Part shown: piece after piece, positions 51,838 through 63,374 of the stretch
How the letters are laid out: each line of letters starts with the position of its first letter
Position numbering within the stretch: the first letter of the stretch is position 1
Source of the DNA: Marsupella aquatica
Taxonomy: Eukaryota; Plantae; Marchantiophyta
Direction of reading: 5' to 3'
DNA length: 64,000 nucleotides
Assembly: GCA_973895155.1 (NCBI GenBank)
Contig: OZ316892.1
Span: 8,734,148-8,798,147, forward strand
Position numbers and translations under genes: made by a program
The notes under the pieces: model-generated
Databases searched by the model: none
What the model was told of the DNA's origin: nothing
The model's input: the letters and a program-made list of their open reading frames with translations, nothing else

Positions 51838-54624
51838 ATGATTGTGGAAAAGCTAGACTGGCTTCGCCATGCAGGCCTTCAGATTTTTTCTTTGGATATC
51901 CAACCAGATGGGTCACGTTTTGCCACCGCTGGAGGTGACCATAAGGTTCGGATCTGGAGTATGGCTGCCTTGCAAACCTTAGATGATGGAATCTCACAGC
52001 CCAGGTTGCTTGCCACTCTTCGGGACCATTTTGGCTCTGTTAATTGTGTACGTTGGTCACAAGCAGGTCATCTCGTTGCATCTGGATCAGATGATCAGTT
52101 GGTGCTAGTGCACAAGAGGCACCCTGGCTCCGGTACGACAGAGTTTGGAAGTGGAGAGGCTCCGGATGTTGAGAATTGGAAGAATATTCTAACCCTTCGA
52201 GGACACACAGCTGATGTGGTCGACCTCGGATGGTCTCCTGATGATACAATGATTGCGAGTTGCAGCTTGGACAATACGGTGCGGATATGGTCGTCTGTGA
52301 ATGGGAGTCTGATATCTGTCCTTCAAGGCCACCAGAGTCTTGTTAAGGGCGTGGCATGGGATCCTGTTGGATCCTTTCTGGCAAGCCAGTCAGATGACAA
52401 AACTGTGATGATTTGGCACACAAGAAAATGGAATGCAGTTCACAAGGCTGAAGGACCGTGGGAGAAAACTGTGGGTTCCACTTTTTTCAGGCGACTTGCC
52501 TGGTCTCCATGTGGTCATTTTATCACAACGACTCACGGATACCAGGAGCCAAGCCATACTGCACCCGTGCTAGAAAGAGGAGAGTGGTGCACGTCATTTG
52601 ATTTTGTTGGACATAATGCTCCAGTTGTTGCTGTCCGGTACAATCATTCCATGTTTCGAAAGATGCCTTCACCTGAGACCAAGAAGTTTTTGAAAGGTGA
52701 TGATAGTGGCGGTGGTAATGACGCTCTTCTAATTGACGATGATGCCCCTTACAATGTAATCGCGATGGGAAGCCAAGACTGCAATATTACTGTGTGGACT
52801 ACTGCAAGCCCGCGTCCTGTGTTTGTTGGGAAGCACTTTTTTTCACAAAGTGTCGTGGATCTCTCTTGGAGCACTGATGGATACACGCTGCTCTGCTGTT
52901 CATTGGATGGCACAGTTGCTACATTTAGTTTTGAACAAAAGGAAATAGGGTTGAAGATTTCTAAGGAGGAGATGGAAGATTTTAAAAAGACTAGGTACGG
53001 AGACGTCCAGGTCCGCAGGCTCATGCTAGTAGAAAGTCCTGCTCAGTTGCAACTGGAAGCCGCTGCTGCGAAGCAGCTCACTATCTCCCCTGTCCCAGAC
53101 GTCCAACCTCCTGTCAGGGAGAAGTCCCTGGAAGTTCTCCCTCCAAATTCTGCGAGTGACCGACGGCAGCAGACAGAATACCGTGGTCCTGATGGCCGGA
53201 GAAGGATAATCCCAAAGCCTTTAGGGCAGGACTATAAAGAGAACGAGGCTCCTGATGGTTTGAAAAGTACTGTAAATGAGAGCTTTGGAGGTCCTGCTGG
53301 CTCAAAGAATGTTTTGATGAGTGCCTCGAGACAGGAAGGGACAGGGAGGGTTGGTGCGGATGGTAGTGTTCCTCCGGTTAAACAAAGTAACGGTCATGAA
53401 ATTCAACGCGTAGTTCCTCAGAGTGGTATCCCAGACTATGCACCCATGCAGACTGATGCAGATGTTCCAAAGGTGCCCAATGGGATTACGCAAGCAAAAT
53501 TGTTCGTGCAGCCGCCAACCAGCCATGGTGGAGTGTTATCTATTGAGATTCAGCCATCATATGAAGCTCCTGTATGCTTGGAAGCTCGGCTCGTGGAGAT
53601 GCCTCATAAGGTTGGTTTTGTAGGAGAAGGACATGCTGGTGATTCTGTGATGGAGACAGACATCGTGTGCTCTCAGGGGGGGAAGGTGCTGTGGTGGGAT
53701 CGGCTCAGGAGGAAAGCTACTATTTTGACGGGAAATTCTAATATGTGGGTTGTTGCCTGTGAGGATAATAGTGTGCAAGTCTATACTGCTGCAGGAAGAC
53801 GAGCGTTGCCCCCCATTATTTTGAGCTCACCTGCAGCGTTCATGGACTGTGATAGGGAATGGAAGCTACTTCTGCTTACTTGCTGTGGAGCGCTGCAGAT
53901 TTGGGATCTTCGAACCTGTACAAGTATACTTCGTGAATCAGTTTCTGCTATTTTCTCATCGACTCCAAAGCCTCCTTCTCAAGACGGGGACGTGAGAGTA
54001 ATCTCAGCAAGAATCTCCGAAGCTGGTGCACCATTGATAGTGTTAGAAAACCAGCATATCTTTCTCTTTCATATGGACTTGAAATGCTGGGTTCAGGTGG
54101 CCGATTCTTTCCCTTCATCACGGTTTTGCAAATTTAGTCCTATGTTAACCACTATTATGTCAAAAGGTGATCCTTTACCCAAAAAGGTTGGCGCTCTAGG
54201 CCCTGATGGCACTTTCAACTTGTCAAGGGCTGGCTTATTGGGTCATGACAATGGCAGTTTCACACGGGGGCAATTAGAATTTGAAATGGCTGTTGCTGTA
54301 GCTCTTCAGTCTGCTGATGAGTACCGACGATGTCTTCTCGCCTATGCACGCTGTTTGGCAAGGGACGCTGACAAGTCAAGATTGAGAGAACTATGTGAAG
54401 AGTTACTTGGCCCACCAGAGGAACTTGATGGCGTAAACGACCCTTCTCCTAAACGTGGGTGGGATCCATTTATACTGGGATTAAAGAAACGTGAATTACT
54501 TAAACATGATGTCTTACCTGCAATGGCATCTAATCGCTCAATTCAAAGGCTACTTGCTGAGTTTGTGGATCTACTTGTGGAAGTTGAATCAAGAACGAAG
54601 CCGGTAAATCCAGAGTCTGTTTAG
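51838..54624 (+). CDS. HIRA: Histone H3.3 chaperone HIRA, 928 aa, coding sequence without introns
   Basis: WD40 N-terminus (IFSLDIQPDGSRFATAGGDHKVRIW, LRGHTADVVDLGWSPD), B-motif QTEYRGPDGRRRIIP and Hira C-terminal domain (RLRELCEELLGP, LKKRELLK). Confidence 0.96.
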   Translation: MIVEKLDWLRHAGLQIFSLDIQPDGSRFATAGGDHKVRIWSMAALQTLDDGISQPRLLATLRDHFGSVNCVRWSQAGHLVASGSDDQLVLVHKRHPGSGTTEFGSGEAPDVENWKNILTLRGHTADVVDLGWSPDDTMIASCSLDNTVRIWSSVNGSLISVLQGHQSLVKGVAWDPVGSFLASQSDDKTVMIWHTRKWNAVHKAEGPWEKTVGSTFFRRLAWSPCGHFITTTHGYQEPSHTAPVLERGEWCTSFDFVGHNAPVVAVRYNHSMFRKMPSPETKKFLKGDDSGGGNDALLIDDDAPYNVIAMGSQDCNITVWTTASPRPVFVGKHFFSQSVVDLSWSTDGYTLLCCSLDGTVATFSFEQKEIGLKISKEEMEDFKKTRYGDVQVRRLMLVESPAQLQLEAAAAKQLTISPVPDVQPPVREKSLEVLPPNSASDRRQQTEYRGPDGRRRIIPKPLGQDYKENEAPDGLKSTVNESFGGPAGSKNVLMSASRQEGTGRVGADGSVPPVKQSNGHEIQRVVPQSGIPDYAPMQTDADVPKVPNGITQAKLFVQPPTSHGGVLSIEIQPSYEAPVCLEARLVEMPHKVGFVGEGHAGDSVMETDIVCSQGGKVLWWDRLRRKATILTGNSNMWVVACEDNSVQVYTAAGRRALPPIILSSPAAFMDCDREWKLLLLTCCGALQIWDLRTCTSILRESVSAIFSSTPKPPSQDGDVRVISARISEAGAPLIVLENQHIFLFHMDLKCWVQVADSFPSSRFCKFSPMLTTIMSKGDPLPKKVGALGPDGTFNLSRAGLLGHDNGSFTRGQLEFEMAVAVALQSADEYRRCLLAYARCLARDADKSRLRELCEELLGPPEELDGVNDPSPKRGWDPFILGLKKRELLKHDVLPAMASNRSIQRLLAEFVDLLVEVESRTKPVNPESV

Positions 54625-56288
54625 GCCATGTAGGGGTAGATATTTAGTCATGGTCGATGGAGTTTCTTTTAGAAATAATCTGAGACGGTAGATAGGGAGA
54701 CAATGTTTCACTGACGGAGCACGTGTCCCTTCGGTTCAGTAACGTGATTTGTGTAACATAATATGAGATAGCTGTTTTGAATACTTCTCTGGGGATACTT
54801 ATCCTTGTTGCCTACAATTTCTAGAGGCCAGATGAAGGAGACTGAGGTCCGAGATTATTTTCGGCGATGCATGTTTGTGTGAGGGAGGCTTCCCCAAAGA
54901 GTGTCTTCAATTGGAATGTACAACCAACTTCTGCCTCAACTGTTGTAAGCGGAGAATTGTACTTCACGCAGAGTTTCAGCTTGTACAGGCTGAGTTGAAC
55001 ACTACTCTCCAGTGCAGGGCCCATCTGCATCAAGGTGGTAGTGGCCGAGATTTGGACTACAATTCAATTGCCTTCAATGCATCACTTCTCAGATGCTACC
55101 CTGGATCATGGTGGTGGTAGGCCTACATTTCAGTTGCCTTCGACGCATCACTTCTCACATGATACCAGTTTTATTCTGGATTCAAAATTGTCTTTGAGGT
55201 CAGGGCATACCTCTACCGGCTCGAATTCAGGGGTCGTGTTACCTTCTTTCGAAGTGCCCTTCCAGGCAGTCTTGAAGATCTGACTTGGTCTTTGCATTTC
55301 AAACCTGAACAGAGGTCTTGAGGGCCAAATCATCACTGGGTGTCTTGGGAAGGAATACCGAAGAAGTACTTAGTTTTTCTTAAAGTACCTAATTACTTAA
55401 TTAGGTACATTTTACACATTCAAGCAAGTGATTTTTGTTTCTCTTTCGGAAAGGTTCACAAGTTAAGGTGAGGATGACGGACTGCGTAGGATGTCGAAAC
55501 AAATTCTTTAAGACTTTGACAAGCTCCCGTAAATTATTCATGTACTTTCGCGATGGAGATAATTACTGGGGATGCTGGATTTGCAGGAGTGCACATTTTT
55601 CCAAACAAATCATTGATGAATTTCAACGTTTGAACCTCTGATGCCTGATGTTTCAATGATGTTTATTGAATACAGAGGGCACTTCACATGATAGGTTATA
55701 ACAGTTTACCATTTACTTGTTGATCTCGACAATCTGAACTATTGATAGAGGTAGCTGGTCACATTTGGCTTTACATAGTAGTTGCAGCACGTTACTTTTT
55801 CATTTACTGATCCTAGTGGGCACTGCAATGGGGCCCATCCCTGGCTTACCCGTCATGGAGTTTTGAGATTTGGACCCCTCACAATTCAAAAGCAAGCAGG
55901 GCCATTGATCAGTTTCTGGGAGAGGCAATGAGACCATCACTCCCCAATTTTGTGTCCATGTGAGTCCTACACCTTCTCTGCGACAGTTTTTGGCTTTACA
56001 AAGGTTGGAGTCATCACCCGCCAATTGTGTCCATGTCTGCAGCAGTTCTTGGCTTTACAAAAAGTTGAGGCAACAGAGTTTTTAATTGGGTTACCTCTTT
56101 TTACATTCAGCATTGGGGCCTCCTTCAGTTCTGTCAAAAGCGCCGCCCCGTCATCTAAAGTGCCTCTAATATGCGTGAATGAGGGGCTACAGATTATCTT
56201 CTCTGATGCTTTGTTGTCTTTTGTTTTCTTCTTCATTTTTTCTTGTATTAAATCACGGCAGCCACTATACAAGGGACCCTGCCCCTTA

Positions 56289-56726
56289 GGGTACAAAGAT
56301 TCTATGATAGAGAGTGAGTGAGGCATCCTTCAGTGTAGGTCTGCTGTTCATTTTGGTCAGTCCGTTTGCTTTCTATCATAGAAAGGTGAACAGTCTGAAG
56401 CCTGCCTCACTCTCTATAATAGAACCTTTGTACCCTAAAACCGTTTGCTTTCTATTATAGAAAGGTGAACAGTCTGAAGGCTGCCTCACTCACTCTCTAT
56501 CATAGAACCTTTGTACCCTAAAACCGTTTGCTTTCATCAGAGAAAGGTGAACAGTCTGAAGGCTGCCTCACTCACTCTCTATCATAGAACCTTTGTACCC
56601 TAAAACTGTTTGCTTTCTATCACAGACAGGTGAACAGTAGACTTACCCTGCAGGCTATCTCACTAGGCTTCATAGAACCTTCACTCTAAATAAACGTTCA
56701 CTTTCTGTCATAGAATCTTGGTACCC
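56289..56726. mobile_element. PIF/Harbinger-like MITE with internally triplicated ~82-bp right end
   Basis: Left end GGGTACAAAGATTCTATGATAGAGAGTGA is inverted relative to four right-end copies (...TCATAGAA.CTT.GTACCC). Flanks are TTA and TAA/TGA. Confidence 0.65.
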
Positions 56727-57356
56727 TGAAAACATTTTTTGATAATTTCTTAAATTATGAAAATATAAACTATCTTTATCTGTGGTTTTTAGATACATAA
56801 CAAACTTCAAAAGAACAAGAGGTGCCCACACTCGAGACAAGGTCTGACAGCCAAAAGGCCCAATCAAGGGGAGTCCACCAAAAAATCAACAAGGAAAAAG
56901 GGCTTCAAACTCTATCTATTGGCAAATTGTAGAGCTCTGGGGTGAACTGCATAGGGGGGTCTACCAACTAAACCTGACTAATTGCCTAGAACCAATTTAT
57001 TCTTACAAATTATGAAGCGTTTTTAGACCCAATTTTAGGTGGAACTGATACCTCAAAATTCCTGAAAATAACATGTGAGCTCTCATGTGCACAATGGTAT
57101 ACTTAACCGGTTTATGTGGGGACTTAGGGTTTTGATTCAAGCCAATTTAGAGAAACATCTAGATCATAACCATAGAACTATGTACATTCCAAGAACATGC
57201 GGGAACCAATGAAACCAGGAACCTAAAAGATACTCGCCAGAAAATCTTGCATAGTCCTCTACGCACCTGAAGTATTCTACATCTGGTCACATTGCTTAGT
57301 TCAGGAGCTTCAAGCCAGTTTTGAGAAATCCCTTCTCACATTTTCCTGAGACTGCA

Positions 57357-57713
57357 ATCATCTAAGGTAAAGCAAACATGGCTCAGTGATAGCCCACTTG
57401 AGTAGGGACTCATAGATCTTTTCAATCATCTAAGGTAAAGTAAACATGGCTCTGTGATAGCTCACTTGAGTAGGGACTCATAGATCTTTGCTCACTTGAG
57501 TAGGGACTCATAGATCTTTGTCTCAGTGATAGCTCACTTGAGTAGGGACTCATAGATCTTTGTCTCAGTAATAGCTCTCAGTGATAGCTCACTTGAGTAG
57601 GGTCTCAGTGAACTCATAGATCTTGTCTCAGTGACAGCTCACTTGAGTAAGGACTCACAGATCTCGGGTTCAAATGTTATAAGTACTCATAGATCTTGGG
57701 TTCAAATGTTATA
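57357..57713. repeat. ~40-bp tandem array CTCAGTGATAGCTCACTTGAGTAGGGACTCATAGATCT
   Basis: About 6-7 units, ending with two GGGTTCAAATGTTATAA copies. Confidence 0.88.
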
Positions 57714-58341
57714 ACTGCTTCTGTTGGCTCCCTTTCCTTCAAGGACTTACCTTCTAAAAATTTAGAAAAAAGTCCCAAGCAAAACTGGGTAGTGACGTCA
57801 TTATGCAGTACCTTTACTTGACACCAGGAAGACGAGATTACTCACGAGTCCCATGCTTGCAGAAAAGTACATCCTGGAAATGGAAACGGCATTTCTCTCA
57901 TCCAAAATATAGGTTGTCAAGACTTAAAGCTCCCAACACTTTCCCTTCCACTTGACTCACACAGTTTCCAATCGTGAATCTGTCAGATTCCCTGGCATGG
58001 CACTTCGCCATATCCAGAATAAAAATATACATCAATTAACAATTGAATCCTTAAGAAAAGATTGGTCATTTAGAGCAAGCGATGGGCTTGCTCCCTTTCG
58101 AATTGCTAAACCAATACGTTTGAATGACTGTACAGATGAACTGCGGCCTAGTAAGTCGCTTAAGAATATGACTCCGGTGATTGATCTAAGATATGTCCCA
58201 AAGAATCTAGATTTTTATTTTGCCTGCGATAGTTCGTGAACTGTAATCGCTTCTCCTACTTTGGCTAGAATTTAATTTACAAAGACAAATTCAGTCGGTA
58301 CTGTTCAATTGTTGGAAAGCTTGGACACGACCTGTAGATAC

Positions 58342-61300
58342 CTACAAGACTTCATAAACCATTCCCACCTCTAAGAGGTTCGAGGGAGGGATTCTCATCT
58401 GGTCGTAGAACTTGCGACAGTTTTTCTGCAACAGAGCGTAGATTCTCCCCAGAACTATCTTCTTCCACCAGCCAGCAGTCTCGCTGACGGACAATCTCGT
58501 CTTCCCCAGCACGTACACGATTTGTTCCCTTTCCGCAGTATCCAGCTCTTGAAGTTCGTCGCTGAGGAAAGGTTGTTCCTCCTCGGGACCGTCCTCTTTG
58601 ATGAACGGCTGTTTCGCGAATCTTGCTTGATAGGGCCCTGGATTCTGTAGGTACTCTCTCAAGCTCTCCACAAGTTCCTCCTTGAAGTCCTCAAAGCTAA
58701 CAGAGTCCGTGTACCCATATCTTGCGACACAACGGTAAACTCCGGAGTACCCACTGCGGCTCACAAGGAAGCGTTCTCTGGGCAGGACAGTGACAACAGG
58801 GACGTATCGTATGGTGGTGAACACGATCACCTGATGCAGGGTCCTCACATTCTTTACGTAGTGAGATATCAGGGGAGGGATTCCATAGACAAGATTGGTA
58901 TAGAAGAAGCAAATCCCAGGCACTCGCTGGATTTTGAAATTGGTGAGCACAGTTGCCAGCTCGTCCAGGCTCAACTTTGATTGGAGCTCAAATTCTACTT
59001 TCTTATTGTAACCGTAGTTCCAGCTAAGCATAATCACTCCGAAGAAGAAGGATATGGCAAATGGCACCCATCCTCCTTGTGGGAATTTGTATAAAACCGA
59101 AGTCAAGTACACCCCTTCTATACCCCCGTAAACGACCAGAAACGGGACGATCAAGTACCAACGAGTTTCCCAAATCATCAGCATGACCAGACACATCAAG
59201 CAGGTCGTGAGAAACATGACGAACACTACTGTCACACCTGCAAGATAACCAAAGCAACCATAAGCTGTGAGAAAATGGTCTGTCATGTGACTGGAAGCCA
59301 CGCGAAGGAAAGTGGAATGTACCAAGTCTTCTGACCTGTTCTCCGGAGAGGAGAGAACATGAAGGATCCTTAGGATGGTAATTTCTAGGACCCAGTTAGG
59401 TCAACGAGACGATGGTAAACCTGAAGTAAATATGAACAGATTTGAGTATGTACAGTGCTGCCCATTGGAAAGACATGACATCTATGTTGTATTCCAAATC
59501 AACGGTATTCCAAATCAAACTCTTACCAAAGGCATTGCCGATCTGGACTGCATCTCGAAAGCCAATAATCACGATGAGACAGAGGACCATGATCGTGTAG
59601 TTCACTTCAGGAGAGTAAATTTGACCTTCCCGGTTTGATGATGTGTGAATCAACTTTACTCTTGGAAAGCACCCAAGTGCCATAGCTTGTCTGACCACAG
59701 AGAACGAAGCCGAAATAAGAGACTGACTCGCCACAATCGCAGCGAGCGTGGATATGATAAATACAGGCCAAAAAACTCCATGAGGAACGGATTTGAAGAA
59801 TGCATTTGCATGATCCGTTGGGTGCTTGATCAAATAAGCAGTCTCTCCCGCATATGCCACGATACAAGATGGATATATCATGGTTAAGAATGCGATCTGG
59901 AAACAAACAGATTTGCAATCAGCGCTCTGGACATGTCAAAGGCTTTGTTTCAATTAAAGCTTTGTCAGGTTTTGTTTGGTTCGGGTGTAGTCAAAGAAAT
60001 TATGTCCAGCATCAACCGCTTCTATAACATACAAAATGTTTGAAGAAAATACAAGAAGAATCTGGCAGTCTCCTGTGCGATAGGTCCCTGATGGTCCTTG
60101 TAAGAAGAACAATTCAGATGGTCGGAGACACTGACTCAAAAATTCTACTCCCCAATTTGACGCCGTAGCTGTTAAGGATAATTCTTATCTTCAACCTCAA
60201 AATACTTGCTGCGTACCTGAATAGAGCTTTACTGAAATGACCCAGAGCTGCGTACCTGAATAGAGCGTTTACTGAAATGACCCAGATCTGCGAACATGGC
60301 CTCAGCACCTGAAATTAAGATCAAGTCAGTTCAATACGATTTTCTTTATGTCATTCATTATTCGAAGGACTCAGCCCTTGAGCTTGAGCATCGTCTCTTC
60401 TCCCAACACGAACGAGCTAGCAAAGAACTTCAATTGCCACCTTGTTCAAGAAGTCCCATGCAGAGTGCACATTATAACTGGAAATCATGATTCGATGGAC
60501 TCAGCTCTTAAGCTAGAGTATTTGCCAATTGTTCAAGAAGTCTCATGCAGAGTGCACATTATAACTAGAATTCTGATGGTACTCCAAAAAGCATTCGCAA
60601 CTGAGAGCGGTTGACGAAAGACAAGAACCGCGGTGTAGCAAGTTGATTTTTACCGGTGATACACAAGACGCAACCACCAAGCGCCACCCATGCTGACTTA
60701 TGATTGTTGCGGAAAAAAAGGACGATATAGTGGGGCGATAAACCCTTGAACACTTGCGGCCCGTGAACAGCGATGTTGTACAATCCCATACTAAAGATCG
60801 ATATGCACCAAAGGGACATGATCGGAGAAAACGTGAAGCTCACTATCCTTGTACCAAATCTCTGGAATGAGAACAACCCCAGAATAATGACAGCGGACAC
60901 GCTTATTACAACGCCTGCATTCACAAACATTTCTTCCATGTCATGCGCAGATTGAAAAGCTTTGAAGCGGATTGACAATGATTAAGGATTATCAGGGGGT
61001 TTAATCAATCAACAACAGCGGCACAACTCTCTTTTTTGTTCTTTGAAAAGAGGAATACAACATTTGGATCGTTCTCGCATGTGACAAGGATAGTATGAAT
61101 GTTACTTACTCTGGCTCACCACTGGAAACTGGGTCTGTATGCCTCCAATTGCGGACAGAACTGCAGACAAAACATAGACGGTAATACAACTCAGGGTGCC
61201 ATTTTATTTTACCCAACGAGCCTTGATGAGAGAAGAAATCCAGTTTTCGCCCAACAACTTGACTAATTTCATTTGTGTCTAAGACTACTGCAAATCATAC

Positions 61301-63374
61301 TTCAGTAGTCCACCAATGATCATCGAAAGCGGAAATAAGAAAAATGAAGACGGCGAGCTGGGAAGATGGGTAGTCACCAGATATGGCTGGAGTAAGAACA
61401 CCATCTCCAAAAACCATGCAGGCACCTATGATGACCACGAAAAGTAAGAATCTTCGAGCGTTACGGCTACTCTCGAAGAATTCTATTGTCCGGTTTCTGC
61501 TGTCGGGATTTTTTTGTCTGCTAAAGTTTGATAATTGCATATCTGACTGCATGTGAGACGCATTCAGTCCAGCATTGGGACCTATCTTCGCATTCTGACA
61601 CAGCAAAGAATATACGGAAAACGTACCACCTGCACATGTGCGGCAATAAAAGTTACTCTTCTGAACGAGAGCAGGTATTCATGGAAGTCGTCAATGAGCA
61701 GTCAAATTCTACTACTGTTAGGTAGTAGAATTTCTTGTTGCTTACTAGGCATATTCGACGAGAGAGTAAGAAATTTAACTACAGTAATTGCCAAGTCGAG
61801 CGGGGTATGACGACGGAGTTTGCAAGGCCATCAATACTTGTAATGTAGATACAAATCCAGCGGAACTTTCTGAAGCGTGTTTTCGGTAGATATGTAAGGC
61901 TCCATCGGTGACTCTCAAGTGTTGAAGGAAATCAGACTCGAACAAACAGCACATGGAAATTAGAGACTACAAGCTGTTTCGCCCAACCTGTGTCAGCGCG
62001 TGTAATTCATCGGCAGAGTAGTTCCGGCACCAAATAGTCCAGGTCGGAGAGACCCAGGTTGCATAAGCACAACACTTGTTAACGCAAAGGTTCTTTTTTG
62101 GGACGGTTCATTGAAACTTTTGAAGGCCAGCAGCAAATGGATACATTTTTCAAAAGTGACCACCACAAGGAGCAGGACCATCGTGAACGAATTGAGCAAG
62201 AGCGATGAGTAGACGACGCAGGACGATGGCATACCTTCACCATGATCATCAGCTGACATCACAATAAACACATATTTGGTTAACGCCACCAGTGTCATTG
62301 TCCAGAAGATGATACTAAATATGCCCAAATAGTCCGTTTCACTTGGAGAATCAACCAATTGAATGGTTGGATACACGTATAACGGAGAAGTTCCAAGATC
62401 ACCGAAGACAACTCCCAAACTTTGATAAGCCAACACTAAGGTACCCCACGTCCCGTGCTCCTGCATGCCAAGATAACGTCGTCTGAGTTTATCCGAGCAG
62501 CATTCAAGAATGTTTCATTCTTGCCTAGTCAAGATCTCTTTGGACCTTCCGGACGGCTTATCTATCAATCTAAGCAAAGTAGCCGATAGACAGAAGACGT
62601 GGGTTTTGGTGTACGATTCCACGTAAACCAAGGGGTGCTAATACCGATTCCAGGACAACTTGCTCTTCTGCAGTATTGAAATTGAATTCGAAGCATCTTG
62701 ATTGCAGAAACTTTCTAGTTTCATAAACCAAACTGTCTCCTTGCCTCTTATACACTTCCTCGGCTCCAAACACCGAAAGGTCGATGCGTATGACAGCAGC
62801 TAAACATGTTAATATACCTTCGTCCAGCGAGGTCGCCATTACTGTGTGCCTCACGACATCAATATTATGAAGAGAACTAAAAGATGGGTCATGGGGTTCA
62901 TGCTGACGGTCCAGAATAGACGAGACGATTGGTAACACCCACGAAAAGAATTGCGTTCAGTTCCATCTCAAGGCGCTCAATTCATCCTGACTCTACTTCC
63001 ATCATTTAAAGTCATTAACGAGTCAAACTTCGGGGGCTAAAGTACTCTCGACTCGGATGAACCTCCCTGCTGGTCAATGAAAGGTCCACCTGCCTGCCTT
63101 TCTCGATTCGTGGACTAGACTTTTCATTCTCTATCCGTCCTACCGGTTAATAGACAAGAGGAAGCAGGACGGAGGTGCTAGAAACTCGTGGGATAGTTAC
63201 GAAGGCCAAGAACTACTGACATCGGCTTATTCTTCTTCCATAGCTGTACATTCAATGACAGATCTTGGGCAGTATGCAATTGGATCCTGTGAAGTTAAAA
63301 AATTCTAATCTTTGGAGGATACCTCGACTTCGATTTCGAGCTTTGTGGCACTTAGCGAGGCTTCTGTCAGTCAT
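58342..63374 (-). CDS. HAK/KUP/KT potassium transporter; confident exons approx. 62461-62234, 61629-61379, 61161-61109, 60914-60654, 60310-60258, 59898-59526, 59238-58342; 5' exons near 63060-63374 uncertain
   Basis: AYQSLGVVFGDLGTSPLY, ADDHGEGGTFSVYSLLC, GDGVLTPAIS, GAEAMFADLGHF, GQIYSPEVN, RVPGI, YRCVARYGY, LLEVGMVYEV. Confidence 0.93.
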
